The notes below the pieces were generated by a model. That model saw only the letters and a list, made by a program, of their open reading frames with translations, was not told the DNA's origin and ran no database searches. Position numbers and translations under genes: made by a program. From Rariglobus sp. (GTDB taxonomy: Bacteria; Verrucomicrobiota; Verrucomicrobiia; Opitutales; Opitutaceae): DNA of 64,000 bases. Below, piece after piece: positions 34,630-45,434 of the stretch. Numbering within the stretch: the stretch's first letter is position 1; each line of letters opens with the position of its first letter. The stretch spans positions 1,089-65,088 of the forward strand of contig JAQSWS010000032.1 of the NCBI GenBank assembly GCA_029266495.1. The letters are read 5' to 3'.

Positions 34630-35820
34630 TCAACGCTCCGGCGCCTTCTTCGGCGGCAGCTGATGCCCATGCTGCACGCGGAAGGATTTTCCACCGCTGT
34701 TCATCCGATCCAGCACCGCGGCGAGCTTGCGGCGTTTTTCGTCGGTCTCGGCAAACAGATCCAGCTGGCGTCCGCCGTCCTCCACGCCCGAAAACCGCAC
34801 GCTCACCAGCCGGAGCGGACGCTGCTTCGACCACGCTTGCTTTAAGAGCACCGGCACCAGCGGATAAAACGGCTGCTCCAGGTCGCTCGCCTCCGGCAGG
34901 CTCCGCCCCGCGCTTTCCTGGCTGAAATCACCATAACGCACCTTGATCGTCATCGTGCGCACCCGCTTTCCGTCACCCCGGATCGCAGGCATCAGGGCAT
35001 CGATCATGCCCTTGGCGACGCGCTCAATCTCCGCGATCTCACCGATATTCCTGGAGAAGGTTTCCTGCTGGGAATAACTCTTCGCGTCTTCGTGTCCGGT
35101 ATGAACCTCACGGTCGTCCTCGCCGCGAGCCATCGCCAGAAATGACGGCCAGTCACGGCCCAGCAAGGCTTCGAGTTCGCGTTCGGTCTTCGTGAAGAGA
35201 TCGCTGATTTTCCACACTCCGTGCGTCTGAAGCGCAGTCTCGGTTTTGTCGCCCACTCCGGGGAGCTTGCCGATCGCGAGTGGTTCAAGAAACGACGCTT
35301 CGTCGCCCGGCAACACGACGACGAACCCGCGGGGTTTGCGGAGCTTGGACGCGATTTGAGAAACCAGCTTGTTGGTCGCGATGCCCATCGACACCGGAAT
35401 CTCCAGTTCATCCCAGATGCGCTTTTGCAGGCCGCGCACCGCGCGCTCGATGTCCCCGGCCGATTTAAGTCCGCACGGACTCAAATCGAGATACCCCTCG
35501 TCGATCGAGTTGCGCTGCACGTAAGGCGTGAGCGTTTCGCACAGGTCGAACATCTTTCGCGAGACGTCCCCGTAACTCCCTTTGTGCGGCAGGAGGATCA
35601 GGTCCGGGCAAACTTTCAGTGCGCGGGCGGTCGGCATCGGCGTGTAAACACCGCACGCGCGGGCTTCATAACTGGCGGAGGCAATGATGCCCCGCTCGCG
35701 ACCGCCCACCGCGACCTTTTTTCCCCGATACTGCGGCTGCAATGCCAGTTCAACCGACACGAAGAACGCATCGGCATCGAGATGGACGATTGTGGGCAGG
35801 GCGGACGGCATCGGAGACAA
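34630..35820 (-). CDS. dinB: DNA polymerase IV (Y family)
   Basis: HLDADAFFVSVE, ASYEAR, SIDEGYLD, SKLRKPRG. Confidence 0.94.
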   Translation of the reverse strand: MSPMPSALPTIVHLDADAFFVSVELALQPQYRGKKVAVGGRERGIIASASYEARACGVYTPMPTARALKVCPDLILLPHKGSYGDVSRKMFDLCETLTPYVQRNSIDEGYLDLSPCGLKSAGDIERAVRGLQKRIWDELEIPVSMGIATNKLVSQIASKLRKPRGFVVVLPGDEASFLEPLAIGKLPGVGDKTETALQTHGVWKISDLFTKTERELEALLGRDWPSFLAMARGEDDREVHTGHEDAKSYSQQETFSRNIGEIAEIERVAKGMIDALMPAIRGDGKRVRTMTIKVRYGDFSQESAGRSLPEASDLEQPFYPLVPVLLKQAWSKQRPLRLVSVRFSGVEDGGRQLDLFAETDEKRRKLAAVLDRMNSGGKSFRVQHGHQLPPKKAPER

Positions 35821-35895
35821 AAAGAATTTAACATCGCGGCACCGGGTGCACAGACGAAACGAAAAATTCTCACGGAGGGTCCCCGCACCCGCAGC

Positions 35896-36861
35896 TCACC
35901 GTTTCCGCAGCTTTTGTTCGATCTGCTTTTCGGTGACCTGGCGGACGTCCCACACCCAGCCGAGTTTTTCCAGGAAGCGAATCAGGTCAAAACTCAGGTC
36001 GGGCTCGCCTTTGCGAATGCCATGACGCGCGGATTGTGGGAACGCATGGTGATTGTTGTGCCAGCCCTCGCCCAGGCCGAGCAGCGCCAGCAGGCGGTTG
36101 TTGCGACTCTCGTCGTTTGTCTCGAAGGGCTTGCTGCCAAACAAATGGCCGAACGAGTTGATCGCCCAAGTCATGTGCTGCATCAGGACCACGCGTCCCA
36201 AGCCGGCCCAGACGAAGCCCTGGATCGCGCCTTCGATCGTGCCGCTCCACAATCCGCCCAGCAGTGCGGGAACGGCGAGCCCGAGAAACACCCAGAGCAA
36301 ATAACGGTCGTCCACCCAGCGAACGACGGGGTCGCGATAGAGGTCATGCACCCGCGACGCATTGTAGCGGTAGGAGCCGCTAAACACGATCCAGCCAAAA
36401 TGCGCATGCATGAAGCCGCGTAGTTTTCCGATCCAGGTATCGCCGCTCAGGTGCGGACTGTGTGGATCGCCGTCCCGGTCGCTGTGTTGATGGTGGGCCC
36501 GATGGCATGAACACCAGAAAAGAATCGGTCCCTGCATGCACACGGCGCCGAGGATTCCCAGGGTGCCTTTTACCACCGGTTTCGTCCGAAAAGAGGAGTG
36601 CGTAAAGAGCCGGTGATAACCCACGGTGATGCCAAAGCCGCCGAGCAACAACCCGGTGCCCAACATCAACAGGTCAATCGGACGCACCCACACCTGCCAG
36701 CCCACGATCACCAGGATCACGATCACGAAGGTCGGCACCAAAACCGTTCCCAAGGTCAGCACGTTGATCAAATCCAGTCCGAAACGCCGGCCTCGCCAGA
36801 GCACGACACTCTCAACGGGTTCGCCAAATTTTTGAAGCCCGGGTGGCGGTAGGTCGTCCAT
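35896..36861 (-). CDS. Delta-9 type fatty acid desaturase
   Basis: His boxes HRLFTH, HRAHH, HNNHH. Confidence 0.92.
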   Translation of the reverse strand: MDDLPPPGLQKFGEPVESVVLWRGRRFGLDLINVLTLGTVLVPTFVIVILVIVGWQVWVRPIDLLMLGTGLLLGGFGITVGYHRLFTHSSFRTKPVVKGTLGILGAVCMQGPILFWCSCHRAHHQHSDRDGDPHSPHLSGDTWIGKLRGFMHAHFGWIVFSGSYRYNASRVHDLYRDPVVRWVDDRYLLWVFLGLAVPALLGGLWSGTIEGAIQGFVWAGLGRVVLMQHMTWAINSFGHLFGSKPFETNDESRNNRLLALLGLGEGWHNNHHAFPQSARHGIRKGEPDLSFDLIRFLEKLGWVWDVRQVTEKQIEQKLRKR

Positions 36862-37023
36862 TGGTGCCGCACACGACACCCGTGGAATCAATCCATTGCA
36901 AATGAAAGCGCGCTCGGCCGTTCCTCCGTGCCCGCGGCCCGGGCACCTCATGCCAAAATCGGGGTCTGCCGCCGCATGACGTGGACGCGGCCTCGCGCAG
37001 GTAAAAACTCAAATTCACGGCGG

Positions 37024-38312
37024 ATGCACGCGTGGCTGGTGATGGGCTGCCTGCTGCTCGCAAGCGGCTCGCCGGAGCCCGCGTGCTGCGGATTGCGTTC
37101 GGCTGGGATGCAATCGAGCCCGGGCGCGGACATTACGACTGGAGTTTCTGGGACGATTTTGTGCGCATGGCGGTGGACGAATTTGGCATCAAACTGATCC
37201 CCTACGTGTGTTACACGCCACAGTGGGCGGCCTCGGATGATGGTGCCGATTTCTGGCGCTCCCCACCGCGCGACCCGGAGGATTTTGCCCGCTTCATGAC
37301 GACAATCGTCGGCCGCTACAAACATGCGATTCACTCGTGGGAGCTATGGAATGAACCCGACAACCGCGCCTACTGGCTCGGCACGCGCGAGCAGTTCGCA
37401 ACCTTGGTCCGCGCGGGAAGTCGTGCGGTGCGCGCCGCCGATCCCCAGGCGACCGTCGTGCTTGGCGGCATCGCAACGGAAACCGATTTCCTCGAAGGTC
37501 TGTTTCTCACCGACGGCATCGCGCCCGCGGTGGATGTGGTCAACCTCCACAGCTATTTTGAAACCTGGCATCCCGACGCGATCGAAACGCTCCCCGCCTA
37601 TGTAAGTCGCGCGGCCGAGATCGTGCGAGAGCACGGCGAGAATGAACCGCTATGGATGGCGGAGACCGGCTACAGTTCCGTGGGCGGACGCGCCGTGGTG
37701 TCGGAGGTCTATCGCGCCCGTTACCACGGCGAACATACCGCCGAGGCTCAGGCGGCCGCACTGGCAAAGACGTTTGTGCTGGCACTGGCCACGGGCGAGC
37801 TGCCTTTGGTGGCTTGGTATCGCATCAACGATCTTCCGACCTCCGAAGAGGTGATCGGTGACGACAACAACCGCCATCTCGGTGTGCGCGGAAAAGACGG
37901 CGCGGAGAAACCCGCGCTCACGACCTTCACGCTGCTCACGCGTTGGTTTCAACAGCCGTATCGCATTCTGACGCCCGTGGTGCGTTCCCTGACGACGGAC
38001 GACTCACCAGTCGAGGTGCATGCGTTTGCCCTGCGCGACGGCCGCCAGCTCATCGCCGTCTGGCTGGGCACTCCGGAGACACCGGCGGATGGCGCCAATG
38101 CAACCACGTCCACTAAGCTCGTGGAGGATACGCGGCTCACGCGCGTGCACGTGAGTTTGCCGAAGGTCCGCGCCACCTCCGTGCGCATCACTGATGCAAC
38201 CGGCAAACCGCCCGGCAGCGACCGGCTCAGGTGGCGCAATACCCGCAACGCCGTCGAGCTCGACCTGCAATTGAGAGGCGGCGGGCTGCTGTTCTGCGAG
38301 TTGCAACCATAA
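37024..38312 (+). pseudogene. Clan GH-A glycoside hydrolase (GH5/GH39-like), apparently frameshifted near the 5' end
   Basis: Catalytic WNEPDN and AETGYS lie in frame 37032-38312, while the signal-peptide-like MHAWLVMGCLLLAS (ATG 37024) is in a different frame; junction near 37067. Confidence 0.6.
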
Positions 38313-38396
38313 GACAGGAAGGCCTCCGCTGTTCCGGGCATCGACGGTCATGGATGACGCCTCGACGACGATCGGATTTTTTGTCGTGGTCCCGGT

Positions 38397-38789
38397 ATGC
38401 TGATTCGCCTGCTTCTGTTGCTCGCCCTGTCATGCGCTTTCACAGGATGCGAAGAGCGGCCGCGGGTTCCGTGGTCGCTGAAAGGGACGGCGGTTCCGGA
38501 CTTTAAAATCGTTAGCCGCGAGAATCTGTCAGCTGATGGACAGGTCACCTTCAGCCTTTCGGTGGTGGTTCAGGCGTCGTTAACCAAGGAGGAGCTCACC
38601 CTCGTCAGCCAGCGAATTATCGAAACACTGCCGCGCCATAATCTGGCGATTATTTTCTACTACTCGGATGCCAGGGACGTGGACCGTCCCTTCACGGTGG
38701 GTAAGGCCTGGTGGGGCGTGACCGATCCCAATCAGTTTCCGGCACCAGGCGATTACTCGCACAACGTGCTGGAGATAACGCGCAGCTAA
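38397..38789 (+). CDS. Hypothetical lipoprotein
   Basis: Signal peptide with lipobox FTGC. Confidence 0.7.
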   Translation: MLIRLLLLLALSCAFTGCEERPRVPWSLKGTAVPDFKIVSRENLSADGQVTFSLSVVVQASLTKEELTLVSQRIIETLPRHNLAIIFYYSDARDVDRPFTVGKAWWGVTDPNQFPAPGDYSHNVLEITRS

Positions 38790-38913
38790 ACGTTGGAAGC
38801 GGGAGGACGCGGGAGGCTTCGAAACACAGCGGTGTCCGCGTTCGTTTCGTCGTTCCGCCTGCCAGCCGGCGGGGCTCCGGACGAAAAGGTCACCTATTTT
38901 TAACCTCGGCGGC

Positions 38914-41052
38914 TTGGTGGAGGCGCGGACGGGCTTACGCTCGCAGGCTCCTTCTGTGAAAACCGACCTCTCTTATAAAGGAATCCGGCCGGTGCCGCCC
39001 CCCTCCCCCGCGGTGGCGGCACCGCAGGACTTCCCGCCGGCCGGTCCGCCGGCGTTGCGCGCGGAGGAGACCTTGCTCGACTCATTGGTGCACCATCGCG
39101 AGGTGGTGGAGTCGCACCTGCCTTTGGAGGATGTTCAAAGGATTTTTCGTGACCGGAATGTGGAGTTCATCGCGGTGCAGCGGACCGGCCGCGTGCTGGG
39201 GCTTTGCTCCCGTGGGCAGATTGGATTCCTCATGGGTTCACGTTTCGGTTTCGCGCTCAACAGCGCCATGCCGGTCGAAAGCGCCCTGACTCCGCGTCCG
39301 TTGATCATTCCCCATGATCTGCCGGTGCGGGAGGTGCTTGCCCGCGCGCTGTCACGGCACGGAGGGGAGTTTCACGAAGACGTGGTGCTGGTCGACAGGG
39401 AGCAGCGGCTGCTCGGGCTTATCCGCGTGGAGACGCTGGCCCAGTTGCAATCCACCCTGGTGGCCCAGCAGGTAGACGAACTCAGCCAGCAACATGCGCG
39501 GTTGCAGCAGCAGAACCTGGAGCTCTTCCAGGCAAATCACGCGGCTCGCCAGTCGCAAGGGCTCTACCTCGGGCTTTTCGAAAACCATACGCTCGGAGTG
39601 GCCTTGCTTGATCAGCAGGGCGTGATCGTCCAGCGCAACCGGCAGCTGGAGGAGTTGATCAACCTCGGGAACGGCGCGGTGGCGGCCGTCTCGCTCGCCG
39701 CCTGGGTGGCCGAGGCAAAACGCGCGGAGTTCCTTGCGCTGCTCGAGGCCCACGCACGGGGCGAGGAGGCGCCCGGCGCACGCGAGTTCATGTTCAACAT
39801 TCCCGGACGGGGCAGCCGTCTCTTTCGTTGCTCGATGGGATGGATTCGCGAGACCGGACAGATCTGCGCCTGCCTCGACGACATCACCGAACAGCGCGGG
39901 ATGGAGCGGGTCATGCTGCAGCAGGAAAAACAAAAGCTGCTCGATACGCTGGTGGGCGGCATTGCCCATGAGTTGAACAACAAGCTCACCCCGGTGCAGG
40001 GCTTCGCGGACTTGCTCAACTCCACCGCGGACGCCGGCACGCGGCGCTACACCGAGCTGATCACCACGAGCGTCATGGAGGCGGCGCAAATCATCAAGCA
40101 ACTGCGCCAGCTCTCCAAACCGGCCGGGCACGAAGCCCACTCGCTTGATCTGCGCCGGGTGGTGGAGGAAACCTTGCTGGTATTGGGATTCAAGCTGCGC
40201 GACGCCGGTTGCCGGGTGAGCAAGCACTTTTCCCCCCACCCCGTCAGGGTGCTGGCGGACGCCGGCCAGCTCAAGCAGGTCACGATGAACCTGGTCCTCA
40301 ACGCGCTCGATGCCATGGACGGGATGAGCGACGCGGAGCTGACGCTGACGGTGGACGAGGTCAACGGCCAGGCCCGGCTGGTGGTGACCGATAATGGCAC
40401 CGGCATCGCACCGGAGGTCATGGGCCGGATCTTCGATCCCTTTTTCACGACCAAGGGACCGGTGCTCGGCACGGGGCTCGGCCTGAGCCTGTGCTTCAGC
40501 ATCGTGCGCCAGCACGAGGGTGAGATCGCGGTGGAGAGCACCCCCGGCATGGGCGCCCGTTTCACCGTGACGTTTCCACAGGACATGGGCGCTCCCCCGC
40601 TGTTTCTACCCGGTCCGGAAGAACGCCCCCCGTCCCGAACCACGCCGGCAAGATGGGGCGACCAACGCGTGCTCGTGGTGGAAGACGAGGAGGTGCTGCG
40701 CCTCCTCCTGCAGGAAATGTTCAGCGTGCAATTCGGTTGTCGCGTGGACGTCGCGCCAAACGGAGTCGAGGCACTGGCGGCGGTGAGGCGCGAAACCTAT
40801 GCCCTGGTGATTTCCGACATCCGCATGCCGATGATGAGCGGGACCGATTTCTACCTGCACCTGAGGGAGACTCACCCGGCGCTGGCCCGGCGTTTCGTTT
40901 TTATCACCGGACATCCCGGCGAAAAGGCATTGGAAACCCAGATCACGGAATGGAATGTGCCGGTGATCGCAAAACCGTTCCAGCTGTCACGCCTCATCGA
41001 GATTTGCGGACCGTTCCTTGAAATCTCGATGCCCGGGCGGGACATCGCGTGA
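38914..41052 (+). CDS. Hybrid sensor kinase: CBS pair - PAS-like - HisKA - HATPase - receiver (start may be GTG 38956)
   Basis: H-box AHELNNKL, QVTMNLVLNA, DNGTGI, FDPFFTTK, GTGLGL; REC with ISDIRMP. Confidence 0.88.
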   Translation: MVEARTGLRSQAPSVKTDLSYKGIRPVPPPSPAVAAPQDFPPAGPPALRAEETLLDSLVHHREVVESHLPLEDVQRIFRDRNVEFIAVQRTGRVLGLCSRGQIGFLMGSRFGFALNSAMPVESALTPRPLIIPHDLPVREVLARALSRHGGEFHEDVVLVDREQRLLGLIRVETLAQLQSTLVAQQVDELSQQHARLQQQNLELFQANHAARQSQGLYLGLFENHTLGVALLDQQGVIVQRNRQLEELINLGNGAVAAVSLAAWVAEAKRAEFLALLEAHARGEEAPGAREFMFNIPGRGSRLFRCSMGWIRETGQICACLDDITEQRGMERVMLQQEKQKLLDTLVGGIAHELNNKLTPVQGFADLLNSTADAGTRRYTELITTSVMEAAQIIKQLRQLSKPAGHEAHSLDLRRVVEETLLVLGFKLRDAGCRVSKHFSPHPVRVLADAGQLKQVTMNLVLNALDAMDGMSDAELTLTVDEVNGQARLVVTDNGTGIAPEVMGRIFDPFFTTKGPVLGTGLGLSLCFSIVRQHEGEIAVESTPGMGARFTVTFPQDMGAPPLFLPGPEERPPSRTTPARWGDQRVLVVEDEEVLRLLLQEMFSVQFGCRVDVAPNGVEALAAVRRETYALVISDIRMPMMSGTDFYLHLRETHPALARRFVFITGHPGEKALETQITEWNVPVIAKPFQLSRLIEICGPFLEISMPGRDIA

Positions 41053-41200
41053 GTCCGCGGAGAACGTAGCGGAGGGTGCGCGGAAGCCTGAGATCCCTGC
41101 GCACCGCCTGCGGTTCGCGTGGTCCATGGTGCCATGATCGTTCCGCATGTCCCATTCAATCACGGGCCTGCCTTCGCCGGGTCCGTGAGGAAAGGCTCCC

Positions 41201-42529
41201 GTTTCATTTAACCAATGGTTGCTGCTGGCCGGAGGGCTGGTGCTGGCCATGGGGCTGGCCCACCCGTGGGTGAAACGCGCACCCTTCACGCCGCCGATGC
41301 TCTATCTGCTGATCGGTATCGTGCTCGGTCCCTGGGGCGCGGGAGTGGCGCGCATCGACCCGATGGAGCAGGCCGGTTGGTTGCTTCACGGGGCGGAGAT
41401 CGCGGTGATCGTTTCGTTGTTCACCGTGGGTATGAAGCTCCGCATCGGCCCGCTCGATCGAAGGCTCCGGCCGGCCCTGTGCCTGGCGTTTATTTCCATG
41501 ACGCTCACGGTCGGGCTCGTTGCCGCAACGGGCGTGAAGTGGCTCGGTCTGACGTGGGGAGCGGCGAGTCTACTGGGCGCGGTGGTCGCCCCGACCGACC
41601 CGGTGCTCGCATCCGATGTGCAACTTAAACACGCGCATGATCGTGACAACGTGCGCCTGACCCTGAGCGCCGAGGCCGGGCTTAATGACGGCACGGCGTT
41701 TCCGTTTGTCATCCTGGGACTCGCATTGGTCCAAGGCAGTCCCTTGGGATCCTTCGTCTGGCGCTGGTGGAGCGTGGATGTGCTGTGGGCGGTCTGCGGG
41801 GGACTCGCGATCGGCGCATTACTCGGTTACGGGCTTGGGCATCTTTTGCTCCGCCTCACCGCGAAGCTCGGGCAGACCATCGCCTTCGGCGAATACCTCG
41901 TGCTGGGCGTAATCGGCGTATCCTACGCGATCGCCGTCGAGGTGCATACGTATGGTTTTCTCAGCGTATTCGCGGCCGGCGTGGCGTTGCGTTCGGTCGA
42001 AAGACGGGCCAGCCCGCAGGAAAATGTCACCGTTAAAACCACCGTGCCGACCGCCGCCGTCGGGCAGATCAACGACGATCTCGCGACCAATCCACAAACA
42101 GCGCCCGGTTACCTGGCCGGAGTGTTGCTCAACATCAACGAACAGCTGGACCATCTGCTTGAAGTAACCCTGGTGCTCGTGGTTGGAATGACGCTGGCGT
42201 CCGCGGGAATCGCGTGGGAGGTGGTTTGGTTCGCGCCCCTGTTGTTCTTGGTGATCCGGCCGGTGGCGGTGCTGCCGTTGCTGGCGATCCGGCGATTTTC
42301 CCGTTTCGAGTTCGGTTCCGTGGCCTGGTTTGGCATCCGCGGCATCGGCTCCATTTATTACCTCTTCTACGCAATCGACGAAGGCCTGCCCGAGCCGCTG
42401 GCGCGCCAGTTCGTGTCGCTGACCATGACATTGGTGGCGGTTTCGATCATCGTTCACGGCGTTTCTGTCACCCCTTGGGTCGCCTTCAAAGACGGGGAGG
42501 AACGGAAGTCGATCCCCCAAAACGGCTGA
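41201..42529 (+). CDS. Cation:proton antiporter (NhaP/CPA1 family); start uncertain (GTT 41201 or TTG 41219)
   Basis: PTDPVLASDVQ, EAGLNDGTAFPFV, WFGIRGIGSIYYL. Confidence 0.9.
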   Translation, partial: VSFNQWLLLAGGLVLAMGLAHPWVKRAPFTPPMLYLLIGIVLGPWGAGVARIDPMEQAGWLLHGAEIAVIVSLFTVGMKLRIGPLDRRLRPALCLAFISMTLTVGLVAATGVKWLGLTWGAASLLGAVVAPTDPVLASDVQLKHAHDRDNVRLTLSAEAGLNDGTAFPFVILGLALVQGSPLGSFVWRWWSVDVLWAVCGGLAIGALLGYGLGHLLLRLTAKLGQTIAFGEYLVLGVIGVSYAIAVEVHTYGFLSVFAAGVALRSVERRASPQENVTVKTTVPTAAVGQINDDLATNPQTAPGYLAGVLLNINEQLDHLLEVTLVLVVGMTLASAGIAWEVVWFAPLLFLVIRPVAVLPLLAIRRFSRFEFGSVAWFGIRGIGSIYYLFYAIDEGLPEPLARQFVSLTMTLVAVSIIVHGVSVTPWVAFKDGEERKSIPQNG

Positions 42530-42546
42530 GCGCCATCAGCCAAAAA

Positions 42547-43581
42547 TCAGGCCCGGGGAGGCCGTTGCTCCACCCAGGGGATATAGGCCTGAACGTAGAG
42601 GTAGTGCAGCACGGCGAAGACCGGCGGAGAAAGAAAAACCCCGATCAGTCCGAAGGCCGCGGCCATGATTAACACAAAAATCAGCAGATGAGCCTCGGGC
42701 ATTTTAACACGCCCTTTCATCACGAGGGGAAGGATCACGTCCGACTCGAGCTGCTGGATCACGATGTAGGCAAGAAGCACCCAGCCGGCTTTTTCCGGCT
42801 CGGTGCCCAAGGTGAGCAACACGGCGACAAGCCCGGTGAGAATGGCCCCGATGAAAGGGATAAAATCCAGGATGATCGTAAGCGCCGCGATCAAGAGCCA
42901 GTAATCCATGCCAATGCCGAGCAAGGCGCCGGCGGTCATGACGGCGGTGATCGAGACCACGATGATCTGGCCGAAAAACCAGCTGCGCACGACCCGGATC
43001 GAGCCCCGGCCGAGCAAGGCCAGGCGGGGCCTCTTCGCGATCGGGAACAAAGTAAGAAAGCCCCTCCCATAATCATGAAAATTAGCGGCGATGAATAGCA
43101 TCAACATCATCACCAAAAGGGTATAACTAAGCCCCTCGATTCCGACCGTGAGCACCTTCATCGCTCCGTTCGCCACATGTTGCACATGTTCTCCGAGCTT
43201 TAGCTCTTTGCCGTCAAAACCGAGCCAGGAGAATTGTCGGATCAGTTGCTCCGCCTTGCCGAGCAAAGCCTCTTTGATTTGGGGACCTTGCTCCACCAGC
43301 CGGTGAATTTGACCCGCGATCAACCGGTATCCCGTGTAAAGCACCCCGCCCACGCCGCAGAACAGCAGCAGGGCGGTGATCGCCACGCTTACGCCGTGCG
43401 GCAGACGGCACCGCACCCGCAACCAGCGGATCAACGGCTCCAGCAACACGCCTCCGATCATCGCGACCGCCGCAGCGACAAACACCGTCCGGAAATAAAT
43501 CAAACCCAGCAGCAGCAGTGTGATCGCGGTGGCCCCCAGGAAGATTTTCAGCGGCCGCTTGATCGACTCCGGATGACTCAT
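42547..43581 (-). CDS. AI-2E family transporter
   Basis: LDFIPFIGAI, QQLESDVILPLVM; typical TM pattern. Confidence 0.88.
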   Translation of the reverse strand: MSHPESIKRPLKIFLGATAITLLLLGLIYFRTVFVAAAVAMIGGVLLEPLIRWLRVRCRLPHGVSVAITALLLFCGVGGVLYTGYRLIAGQIHRLVEQGPQIKEALLGKAEQLIRQFSWLGFDGKELKLGEHVQHVANGAMKVLTVGIEGLSYTLLVMMLMLFIAANFHDYGRGFLTLFPIAKRPRLALLGRGSIRVVRSWFFGQIIVVSITAVMTAGALLGIGMDYWLLIAALTIILDFIPFIGAILTGLVAVLLTLGTEPEKAGWVLLAYIVIQQLESDVILPLVMKGRVKMPEAHLLIFVLIMAAAFGLIGVFLSPPVFAVLHYLYVQAYIPWVEQRPPRA

Positions 43582-43705
43582 GCCATGTCGCAGACCAGCA
43601 TGCCGATCCGTCGTTCCGGATTCTGAACGGGGTCGGGCCCCGCCATGGCGGGGCAGTTGGGCGAAAATATCGCCGGGTTAACAAACCCGGCCCGGACCGG
43701 ATCGC

Positions 43706-44146
43706 CTAAAGTTCGGACTCGGTCAGCGTTCCGTCGTTGTCATTGTCCAGTTCATTGAACCGTTTTTTGCAGGCTTCGGCGTATTCCGACGCGGTCAGCC
43801 GACCATCTCCGTTCTGATCCAGCACCTTGAACTTCTCGGCCGGAGACTGGTCGTCCTCGAATACCCGTCCGTGGCGTTTTCCACCGTCACGTCCCTTGGG
43901 ATCCTCCGGGGTGTCGTCCCGCCATTCCCTGAGCTCGGCAAGGGTCACCACTCCGTTCCCGTCGGCGTCCATTTTGGCAAATCTGCGTTCGGCTTTGGCG
44001 GAGTGCTCCGCGCGTGAGATGCGTCCGTCATCGTTGCGATCGAGCCGGTCGAGTTTTTTCTCGGGATCGATCGCGAAAGATGCGGAGGGCATGAGCAAGG
44101 CCAGTGTGCAGACGGCTATCAACGAGGGCGTTTTCACGGAGTTCAT
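43706..44146 (-). CDS. Secreted EF-hand protein
   Basis: Signal peptide plus four EF loops: DRNDDGRIS, DADGNGVVT, DQNGDGRLT, DNDNDGTLT. Confidence 0.88.
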   Translation of the reverse strand: MNSVKTPSLIAVCTLALLMPSASFAIDPEKKLDRLDRNDDGRISRAEHSAKAERRFAKMDADGNGVVTLAELREWRDDTPEDPKGRDGGKRHGRVFEDDQSPAEKFKVLDQNGDGRLTASEYAEACKKRFNELDNDNDGTLTESEL

Positions 44147-44321
44147 GGGATTTGAGATGAGTGGGTTTAAACGATTCCAAGCGGCCCAACTTAATCACAT
44201 CCCGTCCGTCTGCCACGGGGCCGGGACCCGGTCGTGGCACCGGACCGTCTTCTTTTTCCCAGGCTCATTTTTTACCTCGGAACCTAATCGGACCTTCTGC
44301 CACATCCCGGTGAATTCCGGT

Positions 44322-45434
44322 TCAATCATCCCGACGTGCGCGGCGGGTCGCCCCCTCGCCCGGACGATGCACCTCGCTGCTCGCGACCGCCTTCTTTTGC
44401 ATCTTCTCCCGCGCCTCCAGACGATCGTCCGCATCAGCCTCCAGCCCTTCCTGCCCAGGCGCGGCCCCTCCCTCGCACGCGACTTCGATCAGCACGGGAA
44501 AGTGATCGGAACCGCACGCAGGCAGGCGCTCCAGCCGCACAAATGTGAAATGCGCGCTGTGAAAAAAGTGGTCCACCGGCCAGCGACAGAACCAATGACC
44601 GGCATGGTAGGTGTTATACATTCCGCGGCCGACGCGGGGATCGAGCAAGCCGCTGACTTTTCGGAACAAACGGGTCGTCGCGGACCAGGCGACATCGTTG
44701 AGGTCGCCGCTGACGATCACGGGGAACCGCGCGCGGGCGGCACTGCGACCCACCATGACGAGCTCTGCGTCGCGTTCCCGTGACGTTGGGTTTTCGGTCG
44801 GGCTGGGCGGCGCCGGATGGAGGCAGTGCAAGCACACGCGACGGCCCGAGCGCAACACCAGCAGCGTGTGTATCGACGGCACGTCGGGCTGGACGAGATA
44901 CTGGATTTTCGGGTCCTCCAACGGGAGGCGGGAAAACAGATGCATGCCGTAGAGATTTTCCAACGGGCACTTCACCGTATGCGGATAGTCGGTCTCAAGG
45001 CAGCCGAGCGCGCGCTCCCACCATTCGTTGGTTTCGAGCGTTACCAGCACGTCCGGGCGCTCTGCACGGACAATGCGCAAGAGATCGCCGGCCCGGCGGT
45101 TTGTCATCAGGACGTTGATGGACAGGATGCTCAACCGATCCGCCTGCGCGGCCTGCGTCGCGGTTTTCACCTCCGTGGGAAACAGCGGCGTGTAGGGAAA
45201 GATCCACCACGCCTGGTAAACGACCGCAAGCAGTGTCACGCCGGCAAAAAACGCGGTCGGCGCATCACGCCCGGACACCAGGAGCATCGCCGTTAACAAC
45301 CCGATTCCGAACAGGGAAAATTGCACGCGAGGGAAATCCGCACCGCGAATCCACCATTGCGGCCGGCGTGACAGCGGAAGGAGCGTGAGCAGGACAAACA
45401 GCGTCGAAAAAATGCCCGGGATCCAGGATCGCAT
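44322..45434 (-). CDS. Endonuclease/exonuclease/phosphatase family membrane protein
   Basis: INVL, PDVLVTLE, SGDLND, VDH, GSDHFP; N-terminal TM segments. Confidence 0.88.
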   Translation of the reverse strand: MRSWIPGIFSTLFVLLTLLPLSRRPQWWIRGADFPRVQFSLFGIGLLTAMLLVSGRDAPTAFFAGVTLLAVVYQAWWIFPYTPLFPTEVKTATQAAQADRLSILSINVLMTNRRAGDLLRIVRAERPDVLVTLETNEWWERALGCLETDYPHTVKCPLENLYGMHLFSRLPLEDPKIQYLVQPDVPSIHTLLVLRSGRRVCLHCLHPAPPSPTENPTSRERDAELVMVGRSAARARFPVIVSGDLNDVAWSATTRLFRKVSGLLDPRVGRGMYNTYHAGHWFCRWPVDHFFHSAHFTFVRLERLPACGSDHFPVLIEVACEGGAAPGQEGLEADADDRLEAREKMQKKAVASSEVHRPGEGATRRARRDD

